A DNA stretch of 64,000 bases from NCBI GenBank assembly GCA_011045955.1, contig DSBV01000095.1, positions 285-64,284 of the forward strand. The letters are read 5' to 3'. Shown here piece after piece: positions 38,826 to 48,637 of the stretch. Every line of letters starts with the position of its first letter. Positions within the stretch are counted from its first letter, which is position 1. The notes beneath the pieces are model-generated. The model ran no database searches. It was not told the DNA's origin and worked only from the letters and a program-made list of their open reading frames with translations. The position numbers and the translations under genes are program-made. The stretch comes from Bacteroidales bacterium (lineage in GTDB: Bacteria; Bacteroidota; Bacteroidia; Bacteroidales; Tenuifilaceae).

Positions 38826-39725
38826 ATGGAATTATCGTTCGAGAACAAGTTTAACATCGAGGTTGGTGTTACCGAAGTTGAAAGAGAAATAAACAATTTG
38901 AAGGATATTGCCCAATCCCGAAAAAGCGATATTGAGGTTTTGAAAAAATGCTTTAGCATGATTGACCTTACCACCCTAAACACCACCGACGGCTATGAGC
39001 GTGGTAAACTATTTGCCGATAAGGTAAACCAATTCCCTGAACATTTCCCAGGGATGCCCAACATTGCAGCTATTTGTGTTTACCCATCGCTTGTAGCTGC
39101 TGTAAAAGAAAATCTATCAGCATCTAATGTTAAGATCGCTTCAGTGGCTGCAGGTTTTCCTGCCTCACAAACTTTTCTTGAAATTAAACTTTCAGAGTGT
39201 AAAATAGCTCTTGAGCAAGGTGCCGATGAGCTCGATGTGGTTATATCGGTAGGTTCATTTCTTGAGGGCAATTACTTTACCGTATTTAGCGAGTTGCAAC
39301 AGATTAAGGAGGTTGCTGAAAATGCAAAGGTTAAAGTAATTCTCGAAACCGGTGCATTACCAAGCTTGGAAGATATTAAACTCGCTTCGTTCCTGGCCAT
39401 GGAGACTGGCGCTGATTATATCAAGACCTCAACCGGAAAACTCGAACCCGCTGCAACACCAGAGGCGGTTTACGTTATGTGTTTAGCCATTAAGGAATTC
39501 TATGAAAAAACTGGACGCAAGGTTGGTATGAAACCCGCTGGAGGCGTTTCTAACTCCTACGATACTGCGCTTTTCTATACCATTGTTGAACAGGTTTTAG
39601 GACAAGAATGGTTATACCCGGGACTGTTCCGATTTGGGACTAGCCGACTAGCCGATGTGCTTTTAAGCGATATACTTGGAAAGGAGATTAAATACTTTAG
39701 TCAAGCATCGAGTTCCAAATACTAA
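38826..39725 (+). CDS. deoC: Deoxyribose-phosphate aldolase
   Basis: IDLTTL, AAICVYP, SVAAGFP, GADELDVV, KVILETG, ADYIKTSTGK, GMKPAGG, RFGTSRL. Confidence 0.93.
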   Translation: MELSFENKFNIEVGVTEVEREINNLKDIAQSRKSDIEVLKKCFSMIDLTTLNTTDGYERGKLFADKVNQFPEHFPGMPNIAAICVYPSLVAAVKENLSASNVKIASVAAGFPASQTFLEIKLSECKIALEQGADELDVVISVGSFLEGNYFTVFSELQQIKEVAENAKVKVILETGALPSLEDIKLASFLAMETGADYIKTSTGKLEPAATPEAVYVMCLAIKEFYEKTGRKVGMKPAGGVSNSYDTALFYTIVEQVLGQEWLYPGLFRFGTSRLADVLLSDILGKEIKYFSQASSSKY

Positions 39726-39730
39726 AAAAG

Positions 39731-39758
39731 AAAGAGGGCTTTTAAGCCCTCTTTTTTT
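39731..39758. terminator. Bidirectional intrinsic terminator
   Basis: AAAGAGGGCT-TTTA-AGCCCTCTTTTTTT. Confidence 0.8.
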
Positions 39759-39775
39759 CTTCCTATTTTAAAAAT

Positions 39776-40817
39776 TTACATAGGATAATTTTTCACCACT
39801 TCCCACTCAACAACTGCGTGAGCTACAATATAAATAGGGCCAGATAGATTATCAGTGGTGTAAGTTGCACTTGTAGTAGACAAATTACCAATAACAATTG
39901 GATACTGGCCAGGGGCTACAGTTTCAACACCATTTTTCATAGGTAATATGTTAGTGCTAACATAAAGGTGATTTTCTAGCATAACGAAGCCCTGATTCAT
40001 AGAATAGGTTACAGTTGCAACACCGTTTACGTAGTTTACTAATAAATTACCAACCAGAGTACCCTTTGAAATACCGCACTGTCTGGCAGCAGCCCAAATT
40101 TCGAAAGAATAATTTCCTTCTTCAGCAATGGCATTCGACTAACCCCAACGTGAAAATCCCCAATCAAGGAAACATGTTGCATAGTCGTAACCATATGCGA
40201 ATGCAGTTTCTTTGAAGTAAATGGGTTGATCAGTACAGGCTTGCTTACAGTAATCAAATAAGATTGCCCAACTACCACTGGCATTTAGTTGACTCCCTGC
40301 GCCCCATGCTGTTTGCTTACCAACCAAAACATCGCCATCGTACTTTACCACAACAGCATGGTCTGAAACCACAAAGCAATCGTCGAAGTTTGAAAGATTA
40401 AATTTATAAGTTACCTCTCCAACTGGCGAAATAAAAGTCTCACCATAAGGGTATAGCACAATTTGTGGATTACCTTTTTTGTTTGTGGGAATTCTAGCCT
40501 GAGGCCCAACATACAAACGGGTTTCCGTAATCTGATAACCATTACTTGCCGAATAGGTAACATAAAGGTAATTGGAATCATTACTTACAGTTACAGTTCC
40601 AGCATCAATATGCTGACCTGCAGTTAACATCACTACTGTAGGAGTTCCGCAATATTCTCCTTCTGTTGTAGTCATTGCCTTCATTAGAACTTCGTTTTTA
40701 ACCATAGCTGTTAAAGGCGCCACTACTTGATCGTCTCCCTTTTGGCAGGCGATTGCAATAGATAGATACAAGGACAATAATCCCTAGAATCTTTCCACTA
40801 ATAGAAATTTTTCTCAT
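39776..40817 (-). pseudogene. Surface lipoprotein with an internally duplicated unknown domain, disrupted
   Basis: Removing one copy of the 4-nt duplication at 40761-40768 restores MRKISISGKILGIIVLVSIAIA-C-QKGDD. In-frame TAG at 40139-41 (RWG*SN). Two similar halves, each with ..LYV...P..YP...HAVV. Confidence 0.78.
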
Positions 40818-40947
40818 TAGTATATTTTTAAATTCAATATAAAGATATAACATGATTTTACTTTAGTTAATCTATTTAGATTTATTTCAAATAGTATTTG
40901 ACGAACAGGCTATTTTAAGCAATGAAGCTACTCGATTTTCAAATGAT

Positions 40948-40973
40948 AAAGGCGCAAAAATTTTTGCGCCTTT
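40948..40973. terminator. Perfect 26-bp palindrome, probable terminator
   Basis: AAAGGCGCAAAAATTTTTGCGCCTTT, just after the SSS gene stop. Confidence 0.7.
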
Positions 40974-40996
40974 AAAAATTAGTTCTATGAAGTATT

Positions 40997-42595
40997 TTAC
41001 CACCAAAGGCTATAAAATAGAATTAGAATAGCTACAACACCAATAGACCCGATCACAAATGCCTTGCTGGTTTTAAACAACTCAAAGGAAATAGTAATTG
41101 CCTTCTCATGGTCTTTATTCCCTTCGATACGGGCAAAAATCCAAATTAAGAATAAGCTGAGGAGGAAAACTATACCCATACGGTCCATGAATGGAAGCAT
41201 AGGCATAAACACCTTAAACAGAAGCGAGAAAATAAATGTTCCTATGGCAGCTGCTAATGCACCATTAGCAGTGGCTTTTTTGTAGAAGAAACCCGCAAGG
41301 AATATTGCTAATGCTCCAGGACTAACAAAACCGGTAAACTCCTGAATATACTGAAAAGCCTGGTCAAGATTTGAAAGTTGTGGTGCAATAAATACAGCTA
41401 TTAGCAAAGCGGTAAAACTTGCCAAGCGCCCAACGCTTACCAAACGATGTTCAGTAGTCGACTTATTTATATACTCCTTGTAGATATCCATGGTGAATAT
41501 GGTAGCCACGCTATTCATCATTGATGCTAAAGAACTTACAATTGCAGCTACCAAAGCAGCAAAGGCCAAGCCCTTAACGCCGGTTGGTACAAAGTTGTGG
41601 AGTAACCAGGGATACGCCTCATCGGATTTAGCAATGTCGGCATGTAGCGCAAATGCCACTATTCCAGGAATAACAACTATAAAAGGAAGCAAAAGCTTAA
41701 GGTAAGCAGCAAACACTAAACCATTCTGGGCTTCCTTAATGCTTTTGGCCGCAAGCGCACGCTGAATTATATACTGGTTACATCCCCAGTAGTAAAGGTT
41801 GGCAACCCACATACCACCAATTAGTACGCTAATGCCAGGTAAATCGATATAGGCATCCTTTTGTCCTCCTTTGCCATCGGGTATCATCAGCTTGCCTTTT
41901 TCCAAAATCATATCGAATTTTTCGGGAGCCTTTTGGAGCAGGGCTTTAAATCCTGCTATAACGCCATGGCCATCGCTTAGGAAGTCAAGGGCAAAGTATG
42001 TTGTAACCAAGCCGCCGCCTACCAGAAAAACCACCTGAACCACATCGGTCCATGCTACTGCCTTTAATCCCCCGTATATTGAATATAGAGCAGCAAAAAA
42101 GGCTAAACCAATTATAGCATAGGTCATGTTAATTCCCATGATGCGCTGCATAGCCAATGCACCAAGGTAAATAATTGAGGTAAGATTTACGAAAACAAAA
42201 ACAAGCAGCCAGAATCCTGCCATAACGGTTTTTACGCGTTTATCGTACCGAACCTCTAGGAATTGAGGCATGGTAAAAATTTTCTTTTCCAGAAAGATTG
42301 GTAGAAAGAAAAGTGCTACAAGAATAAGCGTCAATGCAGCCATCCACTCATACGAGGCAATTCCAAGTCCTATGGCGTAGCCAGAACCTGACATTCCGAT
42401 AAACTGTTCGGCCGAAATATTAGAAGCTATGAGCGATGCCCCAATAGCCCACCAGGGCAAGGCCCTGCCGGCCAAAAAGTAATCACCAGAGTTGGTTTCG
42501 GAATCGCGTTTACGAAACGAGACCCACAAGCCCAAGCTAACAATAAGTAAAGCATAGGCTATAAATACAATGTAATCAATTGTTGCAAACGACAT
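40997..42595 (-). CDS. Sodium:solute (sugar, SGLT-like) symporter
   Basis: YFLAGRALPWWAIGASLIASNISAEQFIGMSG, YGGLKAVAWTDVVQ, NQYIIQRALAAK, AAIVSSLAS. Confidence 0.93.
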   Translation of the reverse strand: MSFATIDYIVFIAYALLIVSLGLWVSFRKRDSETNSGDYFLAGRALPWWAIGASLIASNISAEQFIGMSGSGYAIGLGIASYEWMAALTLILVALFFLPIFLEKKIFTMPQFLEVRYDKRVKTVMAGFWLLVFVFVNLTSIIYLGALAMQRIMGINMTYAIIGLAFFAALYSIYGGLKAVAWTDVVQVVFLVGGGLVTTYFALDFLSDGHGVIAGFKALLQKAPEKFDMILEKGKLMIPDGKGGQKDAYIDLPGISVLIGGMWVANLYYWGCNQYIIQRALAAKSIKEAQNGLVFAAYLKLLLPFIVVIPGIVAFALHADIAKSDEAYPWLLHNFVPTGVKGLAFAALVAAIVSSLASMMNSVATIFTMDIYKEYINKSTTEHRLVSVGRLASFTALLIAVFIAPQLSNLDQAFQYIQEFTGFVSPGALAIFLAGFFYKKATANGALAAAIGTFIFSLLFKVFMPMLPFMDRMGIVFLLSLFLIWIFARIEGNKDHEKAITISFELFKTSKAFVIGSIGVVAILILFYSLWW

Positions 42596-42694
42596 ATCAA
42601 TTAGGATTTGGTTTAAGGTTAAAGGCAAAAGTAAAGCTAACAGAAAAATATCTATCTTAAATGAGCTACATCAATAGTATCACATTCCTAATTT

Positions 42695-43603
42695 TTACCT
42701 ACTCCATATTGGTGATGGGTAAACTCCTTTCTCTGCTAACTCTTTAAGTTGGTTAACCACCATGGGCCTATCGCCGGGATAGGTAACGCCAAACCATTCC
42801 GCCATGGTTTCTAAAACCTTACAGCGAGCAATACCCTCTTTAATGGCGCGATTTACAACAGTGGGGATGTAAAACTCGGACTTAACGTTTCCAATCTGGT
42901 TACTGAAAAAGTCGGTCATTAACTTCTCGGTGTAGCCAAAAAAGTCGGGTGTAAAACCCCAAAAGTTCATCGATACCGGAACGTTTTCATCAACTTTAAC
43001 CAGATTTCCGTTCTCATCCTTGTACTTTACTTGTCCATCGATGCGCTCAATATGGGTGCGCTCAACCACATCGAGTAAGTAACCGTTTTCATCGGTTGAA
43101 CATATTCCCCGCGATACCGCTCCTTGTTCCGAAAGGGTATTGCCAAGCTTATAACCAACCATAAAGTAACTTCCTTTTTCTAGGTTAGGTTTGGATAGCT
43201 CTTGGGCCAACACCCTAAAAGTGTCGAAACCGTAAAAATCGTCGGCATTGATAACTGCAAAGGGTTCGTTAATTAAATGCCGTGAAACCCAAGCCGCATG
43301 AGCAGTTCCCCATGGCTTCTCGCGACCATCAGGCACCTTGAAGCCCTGTGGAAGCATATCGAGTTCCTGAAATGCAATTTCGACTTTTACTTCGGAGTTG
43401 AAACGGTTACCAAAAACTTCCAGAAAATCCTTCTCAATGCTTTTGCGAATAACAAAAACAACTTTCCCAAAACCAGCACGAATGGCATCGTAAACCGAGT
43501 AGTCGATAATGGTTTCGCCATTGGGGCCTAATGCATCAACCTGCTTTAAACCACCATAACGGCTGCCCATACCGGCAGCCAAAATAATAAGTGTAGGTTT
43601 CAT
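42695..43603 (-). CDS. Sugar-phosphate nucleotidyltransferase (NTP_transferase)
   Basis: LAAGMGSRYGGLKQ, KPWGTAHA, INADDFYG, VSMNFWGF, EFYIP, WFGVTY. Confidence 0.88.
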   Translation of the reverse strand: MKPTLIILAAGMGSRYGGLKQVDALGPNGETIIDYSVYDAIRAGFGKVVFVIRKSIEKDFLEVFGNRFNSEVKVEIAFQELDMLPQGFKVPDGREKPWGTAHAAWVSRHLINEPFAVINADDFYGFDTFRVLAQELSKPNLEKGSYFMVGYKLGNTLSEQGAVSRGICSTDENGYLLDVVERTHIERIDGQVKYKDENGNLVKVDENVPVSMNFWGFTPDFFGYTEKLMTDFFSNQIGNVKSEFYIPTVVNRAIKEGIARCKVLETMAEWFGVTYPGDRPMVVNQLKELAEKGVYPSPIWSR

Positions 43604-43776
43604 ATCTTTAGATACTTAGTTAAAATTATTCTAAAATCAATTTTTTGCCGTATTATTAACAACTGATTGGATCAATATCAAAAGGCACTTATTTGCTTTC
43701 AGCAAATTCTTATGGAGTTGTATTACCATTTCGGCAAAGTTATTCAATGGTTATAAAAACAAAAACTTAATTGACC

Positions 43777-44643
43777 ATGAATAGGTTTATCTTTTTAGTT
43801 GTACTTCTTTATGTTTTGATAGTAAGCACATACGCTCAGAACAAAACAAAAAGTCAGCTGGAAGCCGATTTTGAAAAATATAAGAAGGAACGCGAGCAGG
43901 ATTTTCAGAATTTCAAGCAAAAGCGCGAAGCTGAACTAAAAAAAATGGGACAGGAGTACCTGGACTACTACAATGAAATGACTGGGCTAAAGAAGCATTA
44001 TGTTGAGAAAAAAGAACCCGAAAAGGCTCAAGTTGTTCAGGATATTATTGACTACGAAAACACCATAGCCAAAAGTTTGGGGTACAAAATTCCCGAAAGG
44101 GCAAAGGATAAAGTGGTTACCAAGCCAGAAGTTTATAAAAAAGAAGATTTTAATCAAGAAACCGAGAAAGCAAACGTTGACGGTAAAGCACCTGAAATGC
44201 CCACATCAACATTTAAACCTGAAGCTGGCACTCGCGATGGCATACCTGTACTAATACCCATGCTCAAAAGATTGGCTAAAATTACCTCGCCTTTTGGTGT
44301 AAGAATTCACCCAACCCTGGGCCACCCAATTAAACACAACGGTGTTGATTTTGGCACGGGACGTGGCGCTGAGGTTTTTGCCTCATCGAGCGGAAAGGTT
44401 GTTATGGCTCAGTATAACAGGTCGTACGGAAACTTCATCATTATTGAGCATACTAACGGAACCAGTTCGGTTTATGCCCATCTTGATAAAATAACAGTGT
44501 TCAAGGGTAAAACTGTAAAAAAAGGCGAAATTATTGGATATACTGGCAGCACTGGACGAAGCACAGGACCTCACCTTCATTACGAAGTGCGCATAAAGGG
44601 TATCCCTGTTAATCCCAAGGGATATTTGGCTGAAACCAAATAG
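43777..44643 (+). CDS. Secreted M23 family metallopeptidase with N-terminal coiled coil
   Basis: Signal peptide, ITSPFG.R.HP, HNGVD (HxxxD), YAHL, STGPHLHYEV (HxH). Confidence 0.9.
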   Translation: MNRFIFLVVLLYVLIVSTYAQNKTKSQLEADFEKYKKEREQDFQNFKQKREAELKKMGQEYLDYYNEMTGLKKHYVEKKEPEKAQVVQDIIDYENTIAKSLGYKIPERAKDKVVTKPEVYKKEDFNQETEKANVDGKAPEMPTSTFKPEAGTRDGIPVLIPMLKRLAKITSPFGVRIHPTLGHPIKHNGVDFGTGRGAEVFASSSGKVVMAQYNRSYGNFIIIEHTNGTSSVYAHLDKITVFKGKTVKKGEIIGYTGSTGRSTGPHLHYEVRIKGIPVNPKGYLAETK

Positions 44644-44716
44644 AATTCATCTTTAGGTTAAAGAATGCTCAATGCCTTAAACAATTTAAAATTAGGGTAA
44701 CACCAACTAATTTCCC

Positions 44717-44724
44717 TATTTTTG
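44717..44724 (+). promoter_or_regulatory. -7 promoter element upstream of the U32 gene
   Basis: TATTTTTG followed by CA. Confidence 0.45.
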
Positions 44725-44738
44725 CAAAAAATTTGCAA

Positions 44739-45992
44739 ATGCTAAAACGTGAGGAAATTGAGATTATGGCTCCGGCAGGCAATTTTGAGTCGCTCATGGC
44801 AGCCATCCAGGGAGGAGCAAATTCGGTTTACTTTGGTGTTGGGAACCTTAACATGCGGGCTAAATCGTCAATTAATTTTACTGTGGACGATTTGCCAGAG
44901 GTGGTTAGTATTTGCAAAATGCACTATGTAAAAACCTATCTTACCGTAAATACCGTAATTTACGATGCCGATATTCCCCACATGCGGGAAATTATCGATA
45001 CTGCTGCAAACGCTGGGGTAAGTGCAGTTATTGTTTCCGACCAGGCAGCCATGCTTTATGCTCGTCAGAAAGGAATAGAAGTTCATATTTCAACCCAACT
45101 GAACATTAGCAATTCCGAGGCTCTTCGTTTCTACGCGCAATGGGCCGATGTTGTAGTGCTTGCCCGTGAACTTAATCTCGAACAGGTTAAAACCATATAT
45201 CAAAACATTCACACCCACAACATCACCGGACCAAACGGTAAGCCCATCAAAATTGAACTTTTTGCACACGGGGCGCTCTGCATGGCCATATCGGGTAAGT
45301 GCTACCTAAGCCTACACGAGGCTAATTCATCGGCCAACAGGGGGGCTTGCCTTCAAATTTGTCGCCGTTCATACACGGTTACCGATAACGAAACGGGTGC
45401 ACAGCTGGAGATTGACAATGAGTATATTATGTCGCCCAAGGATTTGTGCACCATTAACTTTCTGGATAAAATCCTTGATGCGGGCGTTAGAGTTCTAAAA
45501 ATTGAAGGCCGTGCCCGTGGTCCTGAATATGTGAAAACTGTAACCCAATGCTATAACGAAGCGGTTACATCGGTTTGCAATGGTACCTATACGCCCGAAA
45601 AGGTTGATAACTGGATGCAGCGCCTTTCCACAGTTTTCAATCGTGGCTTTTGGGATGGTTACTACCTCGGTCGCCGACTGGGGGAATGGAGCAAAGCTTA
45701 CGGCAACATAGCCACCGAGCGCAAACAGTATGTAGGAAAAATAACCAACTACTTCTCCAGGCTGGGCGTAGCCGAAATAACCATTGAGGCTTCGGAACTG
45801 TACCTTAACGACAAAATTCTAATTATAGGCCCTACAACCGGTGTTATTGAGTACGAGGTAAAAGAGCTTCAGGTTGATGAAAAGCCTGCCGAGTTTTCGC
45901 CCAAAGGAATTAAATGCTCTATTCCTGTTCCCGAAAAGGTTCGAAGATCCGACAAACTTTATCGCATTGTAAAAATGCATTCCGAACCGTAA
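44739..45992 (+). CDS. Peptidase U32 family Fe-S protein (TrhP/RlhA-like RNA hydroxylase)
   Basis: EIMAPAG, HISTQ, HGALCMAISGKC, NRGACLQICR, MSPKDLC, LKIEGRAR. Confidence 0.9.
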   Translation: MLKREEIEIMAPAGNFESLMAAIQGGANSVYFGVGNLNMRAKSSINFTVDDLPEVVSICKMHYVKTYLTVNTVIYDADIPHMREIIDTAANAGVSAVIVSDQAAMLYARQKGIEVHISTQLNISNSEALRFYAQWADVVVLARELNLEQVKTIYQNIHTHNITGPNGKPIKIELFAHGALCMAISGKCYLSLHEANSSANRGACLQICRRSYTVTDNETGAQLEIDNEYIMSPKDLCTINFLDKILDAGVRVLKIEGRARGPEYVKTVTQCYNEAVTSVCNGTYTPEKVDNWMQRLSTVFNRGFWDGYYLGRRLGEWSKAYGNIATERKQYVGKITNYFSRLGVAEITIEASELYLNDKILIIGPTTGVIEYEVKELQVDEKPAEFSPKGIKCSIPVPEKVRRSDKLYRIVKMHSEP

Positions 45993-46033
45993 AATAATTG
46001 TAAATTAGATGTTTAATTTTAAAGCAGATTGAT

Positions 46034-46651
46034 ATGAGTTTCAGCCAACTTTGCAACAAAATTTTTTGGGATTGCACATTGCACTATCATTCCATGGATA
46101 ATGTTGATGCCCAGCCAACTATCACTTATCAACCGGGTACCATTGAATTCTCGCTTTTTACCAAGAACTGGATTGATGCCGTTCAGTGGCATCTCGAGGA
46201 TATTATCCGCGATCCCCAAATAGATCCCGTTGAAGCACTTAAAATAAAGCGCCGTATCGATAAGTCGAACCAGGATCGAACCGATTTGGTTGAAATGATT
46301 GATAGCTACTTTCTGGAAAAGTATAAGGACATCAAACCTCAACCCAACGCCACAATAAACACTGAGAGTCCGGCATGGGCAATTGATCGCCTCTCCATTC
46401 TTGCCCTAAAAATTTACCACATGGAACAAGAGGTTAAACGAACCGATGTTTCAAAGGAACATATCGACAACTGCCAAAAGAAACTAAACATCCTGCTTGA
46501 GCAACGGGTCGATTTGTCAACCGCCATCGATCAGCTACTCGACGATATTGAGCACGGGCGCAAGTACATGAAGGTTTACAAGCAAATGAAAATGTACAAC
46601 GACCCATCGCTTAATCCTGTACTATATGGAGCAAAACAGCAAAAGAGTTAA
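46034..46651 (+). CDS. DUF4254-like protein
   Basis: KNWIDAVQWHLEDIIRDP, IDKSNQDRTDLVE, NTESPAWAIDRLSIL, KVYKQMKMYND. Confidence 0.8.
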   Translation: MSFSQLCNKIFWDCTLHYHSMDNVDAQPTITYQPGTIEFSLFTKNWIDAVQWHLEDIIRDPQIDPVEALKIKRRIDKSNQDRTDLVEMIDSYFLEKYKDIKPQPNATINTESPAWAIDRLSILALKIYHMEQEVKRTDVSKEHIDNCQKKLNILLEQRVDLSTAIDQLLDDIEHGRKYMKVYKQMKMYNDPSLNPVLYGAKQQKS

Positions 46652-47702
46652 AGGTTATCCCCAAAAACTACTCGTGGTTAGGCTCAGCGCCATAGGCGAT
46701 GTGGCCATGACCGTGCCTGCAATATGGTCGTTGGTTAAAAACCACCCCGATGTGCAGGTTACCTTTGTATCGCAAGGTTTTGCCCGCGATATTATAAATC
46801 AAATACCAGGGGTTCTTTTTGTTGAGGCAAATACTAAAAACCGACACAAAGGCTTGCTGGGCATTTGGCAATTGTTCGCTGATCTCCGAAAAATTGACAG
46901 GTACGATGCTTTAGCCGACCTACACAACGTTATCCGAAGCAAAGTTCTCCGAAATTTATTTTTAATCGCGGGGCTAAAAAAAATCACCGTTATCAACAAA
47001 GGACGAAGCGAAAAACGTAAACTGGTAAGGCTTAAAAACAAAAGGCTTGTTCCTCTTAAAACCACCCCAGAGCGTTACATGGATGCTCTCCGAAAGCTTG
47101 GATATACAATAAACGATGAGTTTGATTACCTTTTTCAGGAGGCTCGCTTACCTGAAAATATTACAATTCATTTAGGGTATAAAGATAAACGCTGGATTGG
47201 TATAGCTCCTTTTGCCAAGCATAAAGGGAAAATTTACCCGCTCGATAAAATGGAGCGCGTTGTTGAAATACTTTCCGCATCAAAAACCAATAAAATTATT
47301 CTAATTGGCGGTGGGGGAAAAGAACAAGAAATACTTGAGGGCTGGGAGAAAAAATACCCAAACACCATTTCCATTGCACGCAAGTACAGCATTTTAAATG
47401 AGCTTAAGATAATTTCGAATCTCGATGTAATGGTTTGCATGGATTCGGCCAATATGCATTTTGCATCGCTGGTAAATACACCGGTTGTTAGTATTTGGGG
47501 GGCTACCCATCCCCATGCTGGCTTTTACGGATGGAAGCAAAATCCCACGAGCGCCGTACAGGTTGACCTTTACTGCAGGCCGTGCTCCATTTATGGAAAT
47601 AATCCCTGTTTCCGGAAGGATTACGCGTGCTTAAACCGTATTGAGCCGGAGGTGGTGGTGAATAAAATCAACACGGTAATTGACCGTTTCAACAAAATTT
47701 AA
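46626..47702 (+). CDS. Glycosyltransferase family 9 (heptosyltransferase-like)
   Basis: RLSAIGDVAM, DLHNVIRS, IGIAPFA, DSANMHFA, SIWGATHP, CRPCS. Confidence 0.9.
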   Translation: MEQNSKRVKGYPQKLLVVRLSAIGDVAMTVPAIWSLVKNHPDVQVTFVSQGFARDIINQIPGVLFVEANTKNRHKGLLGIWQLFADLRKIDRYDALADLHNVIRSKVLRNLFLIAGLKKITVINKGRSEKRKLVRLKNKRLVPLKTTPERYMDALRKLGYTINDEFDYLFQEARLPENITIHLGYKDKRWIGIAPFAKHKGKIYPLDKMERVVEILSASKTNKIILIGGGGKEQEILEGWEKKYPNTISIARKYSILNELKIISNLDVMVCMDSANMHFASLVNTPVVSIWGATHPHAGFYGWKQNPTSAVQVDLYCRPCSIYGNNPCFRKDYACLNRIEPEVVVNKINTVIDRFNKI

Positions 47703-47715
47703 AATTATAAAATAC

Positions 47716-48627
47716 ATGACCTACGTAACCAAAGAAAAACTATTCAGCAAGGAGTGGTTTAAGGCATACGCCTTAATACTGGTTGGTTCATTCATTCTTG
47801 CAGCAGGCTTTGTACTATTCATCGATCCTCACAGAATAGCCCCTGGAGGTGTTTATGGTATTGGCATTATAGTCCATTACCTTACAAAAGGAATGTTCTC
47901 TTGGGCTCCCGAAGGTTTCCCAATTGGTACCGTTGGTTTGCTGCTAAATATTCCGCTTACTATTATTGGCATAAGGGTTTTAGGCCCAATGTTTGGAATT
48001 AAAACAGTAGTTGGTTTTGTACTTTCATCTGTTTTTATTGATACTTTACACCTTTGGCTTGGTTACGACCCGCTTGTTGACGATATGTTGCTTTCCTCAA
48101 TTTTTGGTGGAGTTCTCGTTGGCTTTGGTTTGGGTTTAATATTTAAGTCCAAGGCAACCTCGGGCGGTTCCGATATCATAGCAATGGTAATTGCCAAATA
48201 TACTCGCCTTCCCTTAGGCCAACTAATGATTTATGTTGATTCAACCATAGTTCTTTTGGCGCTGTTAGCTTTCCAAGATTGGAAAATTCCATTATACTCC
48301 TGGGTGGTAATATACGTAACCGGCAAGGTAATCGACATGACCATTCAAGGGGTTAGCTACGATAAAGCACTTTTTATCATCACCGATAGGCACGAAAAGG
48401 TTAAAAATAAGATTATTCACGATATTGAACGCGGAGGAACCATCATTAATGTTCAGGGTATGTACACTGGGCACGATAAGAAAATGATTTTCACAAACGT
48501 ATCGCGCCGCGAGGTTCATATGCTAAAGGATTACATCCAGCAAATTGACCCGAATGCTTTTATTACAGTTATTGATGCAAATGAAATTCTAGGAAATGGT
48601 TTTAAACCGCTAAACGAGAGTATGTAG
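47716..48627 (+). CDS. YitT family membrane protein
   Basis: APGGVYG, LNIPL, ATSGGSDIIA, RGGT, IDPNAFITV. Confidence 0.88.
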   Translation: MTYVTKEKLFSKEWFKAYALILVGSFILAAGFVLFIDPHRIAPGGVYGIGIIVHYLTKGMFSWAPEGFPIGTVGLLLNIPLTIIGIRVLGPMFGIKTVVGFVLSSVFIDTLHLWLGYDPLVDDMLLSSIFGGVLVGFGLGLIFKSKATSGGSDIIAMVIAKYTRLPLGQLMIYVDSTIVLLALLAFQDWKIPLYSWVVIYVTGKVIDMTIQGVSYDKALFIITDRHEKVKNKIIHDIERGGTIINVQGMYTGHDKKMIFTNVSRREVHMLKDYIQQIDPNAFITVIDANEILGNGFKPLNESM

Positions 48628-48637
48628 CATTTTGCAA

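Noticed and set aside
40761-40768. Phase-variable tetranucleotide repeat in a lipoprotein signal peptide
   Set aside because: There are only two copies, and a downstream nonsense codon would keep the gene off anyway.
25975-40817. Stop-codon reassignment explaining the in-frame stops
   Set aside because: TGA, TAA and TAG all occur as internal stops, all three terminate intact genes here, and the same genes also carry frameshifts.
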